A stretch of 57,071 bases of DNA, filler included, from Squatina squatina (GCA_031763465.1; 3 parts of 3 records of this genome joined end to end with filler, not necessarily neighbours in it); one strand, 5' to 3'. Numbered from the whole stretch's first letter, positions 25,694-38,040 are shown. Numbers and translations are program-made. The notes: a model not told the origin generated them from the letters alone.

Positions 25694-27103
25694 NNNNNNN
25701 NNNNNNNNNNNNNNNNNNNNNNNNNNNNNNNNNNNNNNNNNNNNNNNNNNNNNNNNNNNNNNNNNNNNNNNNNNNNNNNNNNNNNNNNNNNNNTACCGAT
25801 AGGTGTGATAAGTGTTAATTACTGCCAATCAACCTCTCTGGCATTGAAATTTAACTATTACAAGTGTGGAGTCTTATTCCTTCGGGTTTTAATTGTTGTT
25901 GGAGAAGCTAACGGTGGAGCGACACAACTTGGACAGCAATATTTGGATATTTGAGTTTAACCTCCCAGCTGCCCCTTGCCTAAATTTGCTGTTCCAATTG
26001 CACATAAAGAATGGTGAGCACCATTAGCCAAACTGTTATTTTGACAGCAAAATTTGAGCCATCAAGTATTTTTCGTTATATTGATGTACAGGGGCAAGCT
26101 CCTAAAATTAAAGGGGCTCTGTAAAGCAGGCTGAATCCTGGTAGAACCAGGTCCCGACCCAAATTCCTGCCCCCTTGGGTTGATAATCTTCTATACTGCC
26201 CTCCATAAATCCAAGAGTTGCTGGGCCTCTGCTTTTCAGCTCTAAGCTTCAAGCCAGCCGAACGAGTGATGATGGATTTTATTTTTACTCTGCTGGCTGT
26301 TATGGGCTTTCTGAGCAAATTAGTTTGAACAATCTCAATTCAATTCTCAGTGGCATGTGTCTGTTGTTGGAAATCATCCTTGAACTTGACATTACTGCCA
26401 CTAGTTTGGCAATCCTTGACAGCGAGGCAAAGATCAGACAGTATAAAAACTAGAAAAACTATATTGGCCGGGTAGTGAGTGCTCTTCTGAGATCGAGCAT
26501 ACCTCCAGGGTAATGTATCAAGAGTTTTGACACTCCATCTGTCTTTTACTGTATCTAACCTGGAAGTTTCTTATCACTGAACACCAGGGGAAATATAAAA
26601 CCAAGCATCATTGTCCCATCATTATTAAGAAAGCACAATCACATATGCAAAATAAATAAAATGGCTGTGATTTTCCTGGGGACTTGTGCCATTGTAGTGG
26701 TGCATTTGGGTCAAAGAAAAAGGAAATTATGGAATAAGTAACTTACGCTATTAATTAGGCCACTCCATATTTTCCTGGGACTTTTGTGCCACTCTGCCAT
26801 TTCCCTTGCCGAGAAGATTTAGAAGGTCATTATCATAGCCCCCCCCCCCACCCCAACACCCCACCCGCCCCCATAAAATCTAATGGTGATCGCGATTTTT
26901 CTGTATTTACAGCAGTTTTCACGCCGCTGCCACTTCGAGTTAAAAATAATGCTGTAAGTGTGCTGACAGCAAAGTGATTTATTGCTTTGGGTTCGAGGTT
27001 AAANNNNNNNNNNNNNNNNNNNNNNNNNNNNNNNNNNNNNNNNNNNNNNNNNNNNNNNNNNNNNNNNNNNNNNNNNNNNNNNNNNNNNNNNNNNNNNNNN
27101 NNN

Positions 27104-28180
27104 ACAAAAGTAATGAAGAAAATAATGGCACTAAAGAGTGACAAATCCCCAGGACCAGATGGTTTCTATCCCAGGGTTTTAAAGGAAGTAGGTGGGCACA
27201 TTGCAGATGCCCTAACTATAATCTTCCAAAGTTCCTTTGATTCAAGAACCATTCCTTTAGATTGAAAAATTGCGCATGTCACTCCGCTATTTAAGAATGG
27301 TGAGAGAGAGGAACCAGGGAATTATAGACCAGCTAGCCTAACATCTGTTGCTGGGAAATTATTGGAGTCTATAATTAAGGATAAAGTGACTGGGTACTTT
27401 GAAAATTTTCTGCTGATCAGAGAGAACTAGCATGGATTTGTAAATGTAGGTCATGCCTGACGAACGTGATTGAATTTTTTGAGGAAGTGACTAAAATAGT
27501 GGACAGGGGAATGTCTCTGGATGTTATTTATATGGACTTCCAGAAGGTATTCGATAAAGTCCTTCATAAGCGATTGTTAGCTAAACTGGAAGCTCATGGA
27601 ATTGAAGGCAAGTTATTGACCTGGGTAGGAAATTGGCTGAGCGCCAGGAGACAGAGAGTTGGAATAATGGGCAGATAGTCTAATAGGCAGGATGTGACTA
27701 GTGGTGTCCCACAAAGATCTGTGTTGGAGCCTCAACTATTCATCATATTCATTAATGACTTCGATGACGGGATAGAAAGCAACATATCCAAATTTGCTGA
27801 TGATAGGTGGCATTGTAGGCAGTGTAGATGAAAGCATAAAATTACAAAGAGATAATGATCGATTAAGTCAACGGACAAAACTGTGGCAAATGGATTTAAA
27901 TGTAGGCAATGTGAGGTCATCCACTTTGACCCTAAAAAGGAGACAACAGGATACTTTCTAAATGGTGAAAAGCTAAAAATCGTGGAGGTCCAAAGAAACT
28001 TGGGTGTCCAGGTACATAGATCATTAAAATATCATGAACAAGTACAGAAAATAATCAAAAAGACTAATGGAATGTTTATATCTAGAAGACTAGAATACAA
28101 GGAGGTCAAAGTTATGCAAAACCCTGGTTAGACCACGTCTGAAATATTGTGAGTAGTTCTGGGCACCACAAGTTAGGAAA
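27104..28180 (+). mobile_element. CR1 LINE RT, decayed
   Basis: KSPGPDG, DVIYMDFQKVFDKV, KFADD and VIHF motifs, interrupted by stops and frameshifts. Confidence 0.93.
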
Positions 28181-28479
28181 GATTACATAGGATTACATAG
28201 GATATACGGCACAGATAAAGTCCATGCTGGCATTTATGCTCCACTCAAGCCTCCTTCCATCTTTCCTCATCTAACTCTATCAACATAGCCCTCTATTCCC
28301 TTCTCCTTCATCTGCTTATCTAGACTCCCCTTAAATGCATCTATATTATTTGCCTCAACTATTCCCTGTGGTAACGAGTTCCACATTCTTACCACTCTTT
28401 GGGTAAAGAAGTTTCTTTTGAATTCTCTATTTTATATTGATGGCCTCCAGTTGTGCTCATCCCCACAAGGGGAAGCGCT

Positions 28480-29185
28480 GGCCTAGAAATTCGAGTCGTT
28501 TGTGCCTCCCATGAGCGCCCCTGGGAAATCCCACAGGAGTTTAGCGGCGGCAGTAACCCGTAGCTCCCTGCTCCACTGCACAGGCAATGATGACATCTTC
28601 AGAATGCACAGCACCCCCTGAATGCCCCAGACCTTAAATTGGGTATCGAATACTGAAGCTGCGCCAGGCGACGCCAACGACAGCTTCAGGGAACGTGAAC
28701 CGGGCTGCAGGCCAGGCGCGGGGCGCTAATTAAAGGGAAGATGGCGGCCATGTAAAACAAAATGTGTAATTTTTCTTCGGTGCCTCGTTGACGCCGCGAT
28801 CACGGGGTCCGTGCTGCGATCGTTCAGCCCGACACTCTGCTTGAGTGCTGGGCTGTTGGCATGTCATCCCCACTCCCCAGTGGTCCATGGAGGCCTCGTT
28901 TCATCCCTGCAGCATTTTCTGCTTGGGCCCTTCCCTTTAATGACGAGCCCCTCCTACACGACAGTGCTACGCGGCCCAGCGTGTAGCGTTGCGTCTTACT
29001 TCTGACCCGTCCGACACACTACCGCCCCAGAAAGGAGGTGGAGTGCGTTATTTTGTGCTCTACTTCCTTTTGGTGGTGGTAACCCAAATTTTTTAAGCAG
29101 GGCGGTGCTTCCGCGCCTGGTGCAATATGTCCTGCATCTCAGATATTACCGTCCCCAAACGGGGCACAACGGAATTACACCCCCG
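28480..29185. mobile_element. GC-rich non-autonomous DNA element (possible Harbinger-type MITE)
   Basis: Abrupt GC/CpG-rich insert starting GGCCTAGAAATT (same start as the Myb-containing element at 42220) and ending GAATTACACCCC. Confidence 0.5.
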
Positions 29186-30539
29186 TAGTGTTTCTTTAGC
29201 TCCTTCCAATTCTCTCTGCATCCAGCCACTAGTAGGTACGTGGGAGCAGCTTGGAACCTGAAGCCTAGAAATTAGTGCTGGCAATATTAGCAGAAGAATG
29301 CTTAACACGTTTGAATGGCAGATGATTACTCATTTATTTAAAATGGGTTAACTCCTCCACTAAAACATTCCTCTTGAAATGCGTAGTCCCATATCGACAG
29401 AGTCTTTTTGTTTGGCTCTGTTCCTGGAACTCCCAGACGCGTGTGGTGGGTGATGTGGCTGTTAGTGAAACAATGCCATCAGAGAAGACCAGAACATTTC
29501 TAGGATGTAGTGAAAAACATTTTTTGACCATCTCTGCAACTTGTGTCAGTAAACCAATAGTTGTTTTGCACCTTCAGTTTTCTTCCCTTCTCTCCTGAAG
29601 GTGCTAACTCGAACCGTTTTTCTGGTTCCACTGGCACTGGCTACCCTGCAGCTCATGCCCAAGCCACCACTCTTCATGTGGAAGCCTGCAGCGAATGTCG
29701 GAGGGGCAGGCATGACAGCTGAGTGTGATCCTCTTGTCCGGATGCAAGCACCTTCCAGCTGGAGAGTAATAACACACATTTTCCGTTCGTTGCCACACAG
29801 ACGCTGAGGCCAATTGTGATGTCTCTGCTACCACTTGTGCTGTTTTGATCGGTTAGTTTAAATCCCAGTGTGGTTCCCAATAGTGCGTGCATTTTTTTTA
29901 GTCTGATGTTCTGTATTATGCATGATGGAGCTGCTTTCAGCCTAAGCAGTCAGTGTTGGATACCCATATACAGAACAAATGGATGTGCCAAAGTTACAGT
30001 GTCAGCTGCTATCTCATGGGCTCAAGAATGCAGCTATGGTACACCATGCACCATGGACTCTTATCTTTGTCTATTCCTTTTGGTCCAGTATTGATCTGTG
30101 GTGACTCAGTCAGAGACCTGTACAAGCCTGAAGCCAGTTGGCATGGGAACAAAGAATCTGTAACGACTTCTTTTGAAAACATTCAGGTGTTTTTTAAGTA
30201 GTTGTGAATGACACGGTCTGGGGGAACTGCACACTGAAGAAATGCAACTTCATTGATTCGCACAGGCCTGATTGCACTGAATAGAGACGCTTACCACATG
30301 TGTCTGTGTAACAATCTCTAATTTAGACACCATACAATTAAGCAGAAATAAGTTCAAAGGCCTGCAGCTATTTTTGAGTGGGAGTAGTTAGCTTCATCAG
30401 TTATTGTGTGGTCTGAGTGCAGTGATGATGAAAAGGTTCTGCACATTGAACTTAAATCAAAGCCTTCAACCAACATAGACGTGATTATTTTCCTCNNNNN
30501 NNNNNNNNNNNNNNNNNNNNNNNNNNNNNNNNNNNNNNN

Positions 30540-30551
30540 TTAATTAATTAA
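30540..30551. other. Artificial six-frame stop linker TTAATTAATTAA in a gap
   Basis: 44 N + 12 nt + 44 N. Confidence 0.93.
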
Positions 30552-30797
30552 NNNNNNNNNNNNNNNNNNNNNNNNNNNNNNNNNNNNNNNNNNNNTTCTG
30601 TACTCAACTAGTTAGTGACAGAAGTGTTCAATGACATTAAAATGCCTGTAATTGGGCCAGATGTACAATAATGTGTTAAGTGGCTGACAGAGCAATTTTG
30701 TTGCTCCATTTTCCATTTTACTACTGTAATTATGTTCATTTAGATTCAGGCATGAAATATTCAGCAAAAGCACTTTCAAAATTTTTATTTATTATAG

Positions 30798-30917
30798 AAG
30801 AGGTTTGCACACTGGTCATTACAGAAGCTTTTCCAGAAGATTCGGGGTTGTATAATTGTGTTGCTACCAACCGGAATGGCGCAACTTCATGCTGTGGCCA
30901 GCTCACTGTCTATTCAG
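30798..30917 (+). CDS. MYOT: Ig I-set half-domain exon of palladin/myopalladin type (EEVCTLVITEAFPEDSGLYNCVATNRNGATSCCGQLTVYS); probable upstream exon of a long myotilin
   Basis: tttattattatag|AAGAGGTTTGC...TATTCAG|gtacag. 120 nt, phase 1 to 1, no stops, D.G.Y.C Ig motif. Resembles palladin Ig2 EEICTLVIAETFPEDAGIFTCSARN. Assignment to MYOT is by strand and position only. Confidence 0.75.
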
Positions 30918-32221
30918 GTACAGTATGTACATCGCATCGAATGGCTGTAGCCCGAACTCAAAAATTAAACAAAAATGCATGCCAGCCACACTACAGTCGC
31001 TTGCACATGTAATGCCAAGGATTAAGATTAAGTTATTTTCTATAAGATTAATCCCATTTAAAGAGACTTACAAGAAGATTTGTAGCAACACTTTGGAACT
31101 ATTTCTGAACTCTTATTTCTTGCTTTTATGTTGTTTCTTTCCCATTTCCATTTATTTGATATGACTGTCATTTTTTGGTACATTCACAATATTTGGACAA
31201 TGAATTTCCCAATGAGAATTACTCAATAATCATGTTTTTGGAGAAAGTATAGGAGAATGGCAGAATGTCAGGCTGCACCAGAGGCAGACTGCGCCTAAAG
31301 GTTGATAACCTCCCAGCCACATTTAAAGGCAGAAGTGCAGTTTGGGAGTAGCCATGGCAGTAGCCATGCACAACTGGATGCACAGGTTCTGGATCAGCAG
31401 AAAGCCATCTGTTGTAAGAACACCTGCAGCTAATATAACACCATAAGGCTGTTATGGCAATCAGCTGCATCCTCAAGCCCTATTCCACTGCTGCTTTCCA
31501 GCCAACTTGCAATTCTGCCTTATGGAAAGTTTCCCAACTTGCTGTGACCTCACACTGCACTATCCTCACTTAACCAGCCATCAAATAGGAAGTCGGAATG
31601 TTATGCCCAATCAGCAGGCCACAGATTCAATTTTCTGCCCCCATATTTATTATGCCAGGCACTGGGTTTTGTCAGATATTTGATCTTTGGAAAGGCTGAT
31701 AACAATTTTATCTTCATATTTGACTACTTAATTTCACGTGGCTACATTCTCTTCATTTACTTTCATTTTAATTTATCCATCACCCCCAGTAAACATCACT
31801 TTGATGGTTGTTTACATCAGATTTCCCAATCCTCTCTAGTGAGCTTCCAAAAGTAGGCCCAATATGGGGCCCAACATGCCCACACTATGCAAATAAAAGT
31901 AAGCCCGCAAAATCACTTGGAGTGGCCGCACTAATGGGTGGGCTGCTGCTAATAACACATTACCCTGTGCAGTTATTATAAAAACAGTGGTCCTGATTAT
32001 ATCAATAAAATTGCTGCATATGTTTTAAACTTCTTAATCTACATGTGTTATTCCATCACAAAACATGTCAAAAATATGACTAAGCAATGTATTTAAGTGA
32101 AATCAATGAAATTGGAAATATTAGTTTCCAATTAATCCCCACTGGAAACTAATCTTTACATAACCTATTTTAGCTGGAAGACCAGAATAGACAAAAGCAA
32201 GACTTCTTTTCTTTTTTTCCA

Positions 32222-32608
32222 AGTGGCAGGCAGTGGGGTACCACAAGGTTCAGTGCTAGGACCCCAGCTATTCAAAATATATATCAATGAATTAGATGAG
32301 GGAATTAAATGTAATATCTTCAGGTTTGTGGATGTCACAAAGCTGGGTGGGAGTGTGAGCTGTGAGGAGGATGCAGAGAGGCACCAGTATGATTTGGACA
32401 GGTTGAGTGAGTGGGCAAATGCATGGGAGGTGCAGTATAATGTGGATAAACGTGAGGTTATCCATTTTGGTGGCAAAAACAGGAAGGCAGATTATTATCT
32501 AAACGGCGATAGATTAGGAAAGGGGGAGGCGCAACGAGAACTAGGTGTCCTTGTATATCAGTCGATGAAAGTAAGCATGCAGGTGCAGCAGGCGGTTAAG
32601 AAGGCAAA
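32222..32608 (+). mobile_element. CR1 LINE RT fragment
   Basis: SGVPQGSVLGPQLFKIYINELD...FVDVTKLGG...VIHFG. Confidence 0.95.
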
Positions 32609-32708
32609 NNNNNNNNNNNNNNNNNNNNNNNNNNNNNNNNNNNNNNNNNNNNNNNNNNNNNNNNNNNNNNNNNNNNNNNNNNNNNNNNNNNNNNNNNNNN
32701 NNNNNNNN

Positions 32709-34330
32709 TGTAGCGCCAGTATCTGAGCTGGTGCCTGCGGTTGAGAGAAGCAGTGACGCAGTGCTTGGCTCCTCATCGACCCCCTCTATTTCTCCCTCAT
32801 GACCCTGTTGAGGGGGTGGTGGTTCTCAGGGACAGGCTCACCATCTGCTGCATGGTTATCTGAGAGCATAAATGGCACAAGAGTCGCGTTAAGGCGAGGG
32901 CAGGTGGCAGGAATGGAGCAAGGGAAGCAGACAGTATGAAGAGCTGGAAATTGATAAGACCATCTGGTTTAATGGGCAAGTGGGATGAGAAGAGGGGATA
33001 AAGAGACCATTGTTGTCCCCAATGTGCTTGATGACTCCGCCGGCTACAGCGCCCACCACCTGCGGGCCAATGAGCCGCAGCACTCACTCCTCCAGGTCAC
33101 TCAGTTCATGCAGCTCAGCTTCCCCTGCTCCAGTCTGCTGCTGCTTCCTTCTGTGCCACCTTGACCTGCAAAAGAAAGAAAGTTGTGTGAGTAAGAGTCT
33201 AGCTATGTATGTGGAACATATGCCTGCTGCAGTTAAATAGCTGTGAATGTAGGCAAGGCGTGAAATGAGGATGTGACTGAGCAGGTGGTTGCCCATTGAG
33301 TTAAGTGAAAAAAACATTCCTTGAAAAAGAGGGAAGAATGGCTATTAGTCTGAAGATTCAGGTTGGCCACCTGCATGAAACGCCAGTGGGTCCCAGGGAA
33401 TGGCGACCCACGTTTCTGCCTCTCCCTTCTATTGTTTGTTTCCTTAACCTGCAATTACAAGACACAAATGAAATGCTGACTGTTTCCTGAAGCCTGTCGC
33501 AGCTAGGCAATTTGACACTGCTTCACTAACCAGCAGTGGAAGAACAGGCAACATGCAAGTGGGTATTCAAGGAGTCCTTAAAGGTCTTACCCATCAACAA
33601 AGAAATGGTTTCTGGAAGAGTGAGGTGTGTTAGGCAAGTATATGGGCTGCCTTGTGATCGAGAGAGCAAAAGCGTATGCAAAGATAAGAAAACATCCCAA
33701 TAAGTATGCAACTGTTTGAGAGGAGTTGGTGTTAAGTGGTGCAGGCAATGCAATTGCAAACCACTGTAGAGAGATAAGATTTACTTACCGTGGCAAACTT
33801 CTTGAAGGTGTTGAATTTTTTCCTCATCTGGGAGGATGATCACTTTACTGCAGAAACTTCATTTACTTGCTCAGCCACCTCTTCCCAGGTGTCCTCTGCA
33901 CAACTTGCTGAGGAATGTGCCCCTTATACCCAAAAATCGTACAGTCCTTGTCAGGACCGTCATTAACATCACCACCAGGGCTTTCTCACTAAAGGAAGCT
34001 GTCCTCTTTTCCCTTGGGGATTGTTAGACTTTTGTCTGATTCTGTGAAGACTTTCAGCAATACCACAGCAATGGAAGCTTTCCCCCAGAACTCAGAGTGC
34101 AAATATAGCTTTAAGGTGCTGCATTTGCACTTTTTAAGTTCCACAGGTATTTCTGACCCCTCCACCCTGTTCTCAATGTGGGATGCAAGCCGTGCTGGGC
34201 ATGCGCATGTCATATGTTAATGAGGCGTCCTTGGAAAACCCAAGAGGTTCCCTCTAGGTCCTGACAGCATGGAACATGCCTCACAAAGTGCCCCTACACT
34301 GGCAATGCCCCAGGAGTGGAATTCTTCCCC
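32709..34330 (-). mobile_element. Decayed Harbinger-type element with a spliced Myb/SANT-like gene
   Basis: Minus translation gives KRTASFSEKAL...WEEVAEQVNEVSAVK*SSSQMRKKFNTFKKFAT|gtaagt (about 33789-34020), then cttttgcag|...QQQTGAGEAELHELSDLEE*VLRLIG (about 33065-33165). In-frame stops are present. Element ends are approximate. Confidence 0.68.
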
Positions 34331-34677
34331 AAGTTGGCTGCGGTACAAATATGAAAATTGGCTTATTTGTTGAAAACAAATGATCAAGCATAACATTTCT
34401 TTCACAAAGTAGTTATGCATTTATCTGTATTAGAATGAATACTTTTACATTTTTTTCTTTAAAAATTCTTTTCCTTCTTCCGCCTAGTCAGCCAGTACAG
34501 CGGAATATCAAGCATCATTCTCCATCCAGTCTGCAAGACTTCCACTGTCACTAAAAGGGCAACAGACAAAAGCAGAATACTCTCCTTTTGGAGGCATACG
34601 TACCAGTTTCTGTCCAACTAATATCTCCTGATCAAACATCTCAGTCCAAGCGTGAGACAAGCCAAAAAACAACTGCT

Positions 34678-35180
34678 ATGAGTGTGGCCAACCTATCTTC
34701 ACAACCAACGCGTCAATCTTCAAGTTTCAACTATGAGCGGCCAAGTGATTTCATTCAATCACAGACTAAGTGCCAACCAAAGTTCCAGTCTCCAACATCT
34801 GGAGTGGCTACAGCTTCATTTCCTCAGCATTCCCCTGCATTGCAAACAAAAGCCTATAGTGTTCAGCAGTTGCCTAGCTCGTTCCAGCAATCACAGAACC
34901 AAAATTGCCAGCAAATGCCTGTATTATCATCAACATTAAGCTCTCCAATTTCTACTGCATCATCATTTGGCTCTAATATAGAGTCAACTCCAGCATCTCC
35001 ACCAACACCCCTTACTCTTCAATCTTCCCGTTGTCCTCAATCTTCTCTTTACACTTCCTCAAAGCATATGTCCTTTCCCTCTTTTACTGAGTCACCTGCA
35101 GCCTTTCTCAGTTCTGTGCTCCCATCCCAATTTGTTTCAGTTCCAAAAAATGAAATGCAGCTGCCTACCAAAGAAATTAA
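34678..35180 (+). CDS. MYOT: Myotilin, Ser/Pro/Gln-rich N-terminal exon (from the first in-frame ATG)
   Basis: MSVANLSSQPTRQSSSFNYERPSDFIQSQ...ESPAAFLSSVLPSQ matches human myotilin MFNYERPKHFIQSQ and QSPASFLSSILPSQ. Donor ATTAA|gtaagt, phase 2. A strong upstream acceptor is at 34487; the true 5' end of the exon is uncertain. Confidence 0.9.
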
Positions 35181-35394
35181 GTAAGTATGAAATTCCCCAA
35201 AATGATCAGTCTGGTAAGATGTAAATTCAGTTCAAAATTTGCATTCTAATCTAATGTTTCACAATTTCAATACATTTTTCCGTTGTACAGTCCACATGAA
35301 TGTGTGTGATGATATTCAAATACTCCATTATTGATAACAAATAAGAATTTATTTACCACTTAGTCATGGCTACTGAAATTTTCATTAGTTATAG

Positions 35395-35539
35395 ATATCC
35401 CAACAACTTTGGAAAGAAAACGGTCAGGTCACCAAAACCATCCAGTGATGAACAGATACAAGGCTCAAAAAATGCTGTCATTCAAGACCTGGAAAGAAAA
35501 CTGCGCTGTAAAAATGGGCTTCTGCACGATGGACAGCAG
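35395..35539 (+). CDS. MYOT: Myotilin exon (YPNNFGKKTVRSPKPSSDEQIQGSKNAVIQDLERKLRCKNGLLHDGQQ)
   Basis: ttatag|A TAT ... CAG|gtacag. 145 nt, phase 2 to 0, in frame with the previous exon. Matches human DHEIQGSKEALIQDLERKLKCKDTLLHNGNQ. Confidence 0.93.
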
Positions 35540-37671
35540 GTACAGGATTATGNNNNNNNNNNNNNNNNNNNNNNNNNNNNNNNNNNNNNNNNNNNNNNNN
35601 NNNNNNNNNNNNNNNNNNNNNNNNNNNNNNNNNNNNNNNNNNNNNNNNNNNNCAGTACAGCAGCAGATATTCCATTTATCCACTTAGCCATTGGAGCTTG
35701 CTGCAAGATTTATCCTCGCAGATACAGTATCAGTTGTTCTTATAGCACAGCTGTGAAAAGGACAAAGGATTTGCATGTTGCTGCACTCAATATACTGAAT
35801 TCAGGTTGCTGTGGTCAAACAAAAAATCCATTCCAAGTATATTATTCCAGTTTGCAAAAACAAATGCTTGAAAGAACAATTCAAAGCTTAGCTAAAAAGA
35901 TCAAATAAAAGATGTAGTAAATTTGTTAGGCAAGAGTTATGGAACCAAGGCGGGTAGATGGAGTTACAATACAGATTAGCCATAATCTCATTGAATGGCA
36001 GAACAGGGTGGAGGGGCTGAATGGCCTCCTCTTGTTCCTATGTTCCTAATTCTTAAAGAGCTGTTAGCATTTCTTTTGCTAACTATATGAGTTTAGTGGT
36101 GAAGAGATAATTACAGCCAGTGAAATGTAACTAGGATAGGACCTTGGGCTATCTCTGTGGAATTAATCTACCAGAGCCCTGACTTGTTTTCTCTAATACA
36201 GCGAAATGGATTGAGATGTATATAAATTATTTTTTCCATAATATAAATCGAGGTAAATACACACATAGTTAAGTCTGCTATGATAGCACAGAGTATGACT
36301 TCACAGACTATAATAGTCTCCATTCCAATGAGTAGCAAAATACTTGGCTATAAGTTATAATGTCAGTGCTGCATTAGGGAAATCTAACTATAGCCACAAC
36401 ATTTGTCCGTGACTGCTGTTGCTATCAGTGATGTGCTGTGGGGTGCCAGTTCAAAAGTGATAATTACTGTTGTTGTAGAACAGTGAGAACACTATGTACA
36501 CAATTTATTCCTGCTAAACAAAAACAGCATGAATATTTGACTACTGTGAGAGGACTGATAAAGGATTCAGTTCTGCTTATGGTTATCAGGCAAAGTGAAG
36601 TTCGATGTCAGTATTTCATTATAGTAGAATGCAGAAATGACAAGGTTATTTCTATTTTTCTGCAAAATTTATCCCACTTAATGTAGTAGAGTCTGTTCAG
36701 GGTAATTATGTTTCCTTTGATGAATTAACTCTGTATTTTAAAATCCAGTTATCTTGAATCACCTAACATGTACCAAGGGCCAAATTTAATTACTTTTGTA
36801 GTGAGACAATAAGCAAACACCTTCCCAGAACAGAAGTATGCTCAATATCTTTTTGCCATCAAGCAAAAGATCTCTATTCCATTTCCTCTCACATTGGTGC
36901 TACAGATAACACTCGGCTGGCCACGGAGGGATGGGTACAATATGATCCATATGTTTGTGGTAATTCGAGCATCAGCAACACTATCTCACTCAAAATTCAG
37001 CAACAGATGAGTTTCAACAGAGGCTGCTGAATAGGCTAACTTAGTGACAGCACAGTGGCTATCTTTCATATTTAAAGCCCACAGCAGGATAAGGGTCCAG
37101 TTGGAACTTGTGCTTTTTGTGAAGTCAAATTAAGTAACTGTTACAAACTTCAGGTCTACTTTAGATTATAGGTGGGAATTTCCTGGAAACTTGCACCATT
37201 GGAATGCCATATCTATGTTGTGGGGTCCATTTTCCAGTGCAAAAGAGCCCCAGGAAATGATGGCATCAGTGAGTTCCGCCACTATTCATGCCACGCCATC
37301 ATTTCCTGGGAATCTTGCCCACCCCAGCCCTTGCTGAAAATGTGAAAGCTTATTTATCACAGCTCCACCCCATTTTCAAGGAATTTTCTGGATTTACGCT
37401 AGTTTTCTTGCTGCAGCCACTTAGACTGAAAAAATAACGTGCCTTTAGTCACGTGCAGCTACGTGATTTATGGCTCTCATGTTTCCCAGCCTGGGAGAAC
37501 CATTATTCATAGATATATAATGCAAATGCATGGTTAAAAGACTTACAAGTTGGATAATGCACAGGTTTCAGNNNNNNNNNNNNNNNNNNNNNNNNNNNNN
37601 NNNNNNNNNNNNNNNNNNNNNNNNNNNNNNNNNNNNNNNNNNNNNNNNNNNNNNNNNNNNNNNNNNNNNNN

Positions 37672-38040
37672 GGGGGGGGGGTGGGGGTGCTGTCTTCTGT
37701 GGCGGTCGGCCGCCACACAACGTCGGTCAATGTTATAAGATGGCAGCCGCGGCACACGACACGCGCCTTTAATGGCTCTTGGCAACGACAGGGGAAACCT
37801 GTTGTTGCCAATGCCAGTGGTGTCGCAGGGAAGGCCACCTCCAAATCCGGAGCCGGTGCCCCCGTAGCGCACAGGGGGGTTACGGACGAGCGCAGGGGTC
37901 GGTGCGCGATGTGATGATGTTGCAAGTCCAACACGGCAGTGGGGCCTATACGCCGCTGGTGCGCCAGGCCCAATAAAGCTTTTTTAAATTTTTGGCTTCA
38001 ACACTGATTTCACGCCCAGGTAGCACAAATTGGGGCCCCA
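37672..38040. mobile_element. GC-rich interspersed repeat, 3' part; same family as 53808-54223
   Basis: Shares AAGATGGC.GCCG...CCTTTAATG...CTTGGCAACGACAGGGGAAACCTGTTG with the 54.1-kb copy. Ends AAATTGGGGCCCC. Confidence 0.75.

Noticed and set aside
28480-29185. CpG-island-like stretch as a possible promoter
   Set aside because: Sharp boundaries and a terminal sequence shared with another element in the window indicate a transposon insert.
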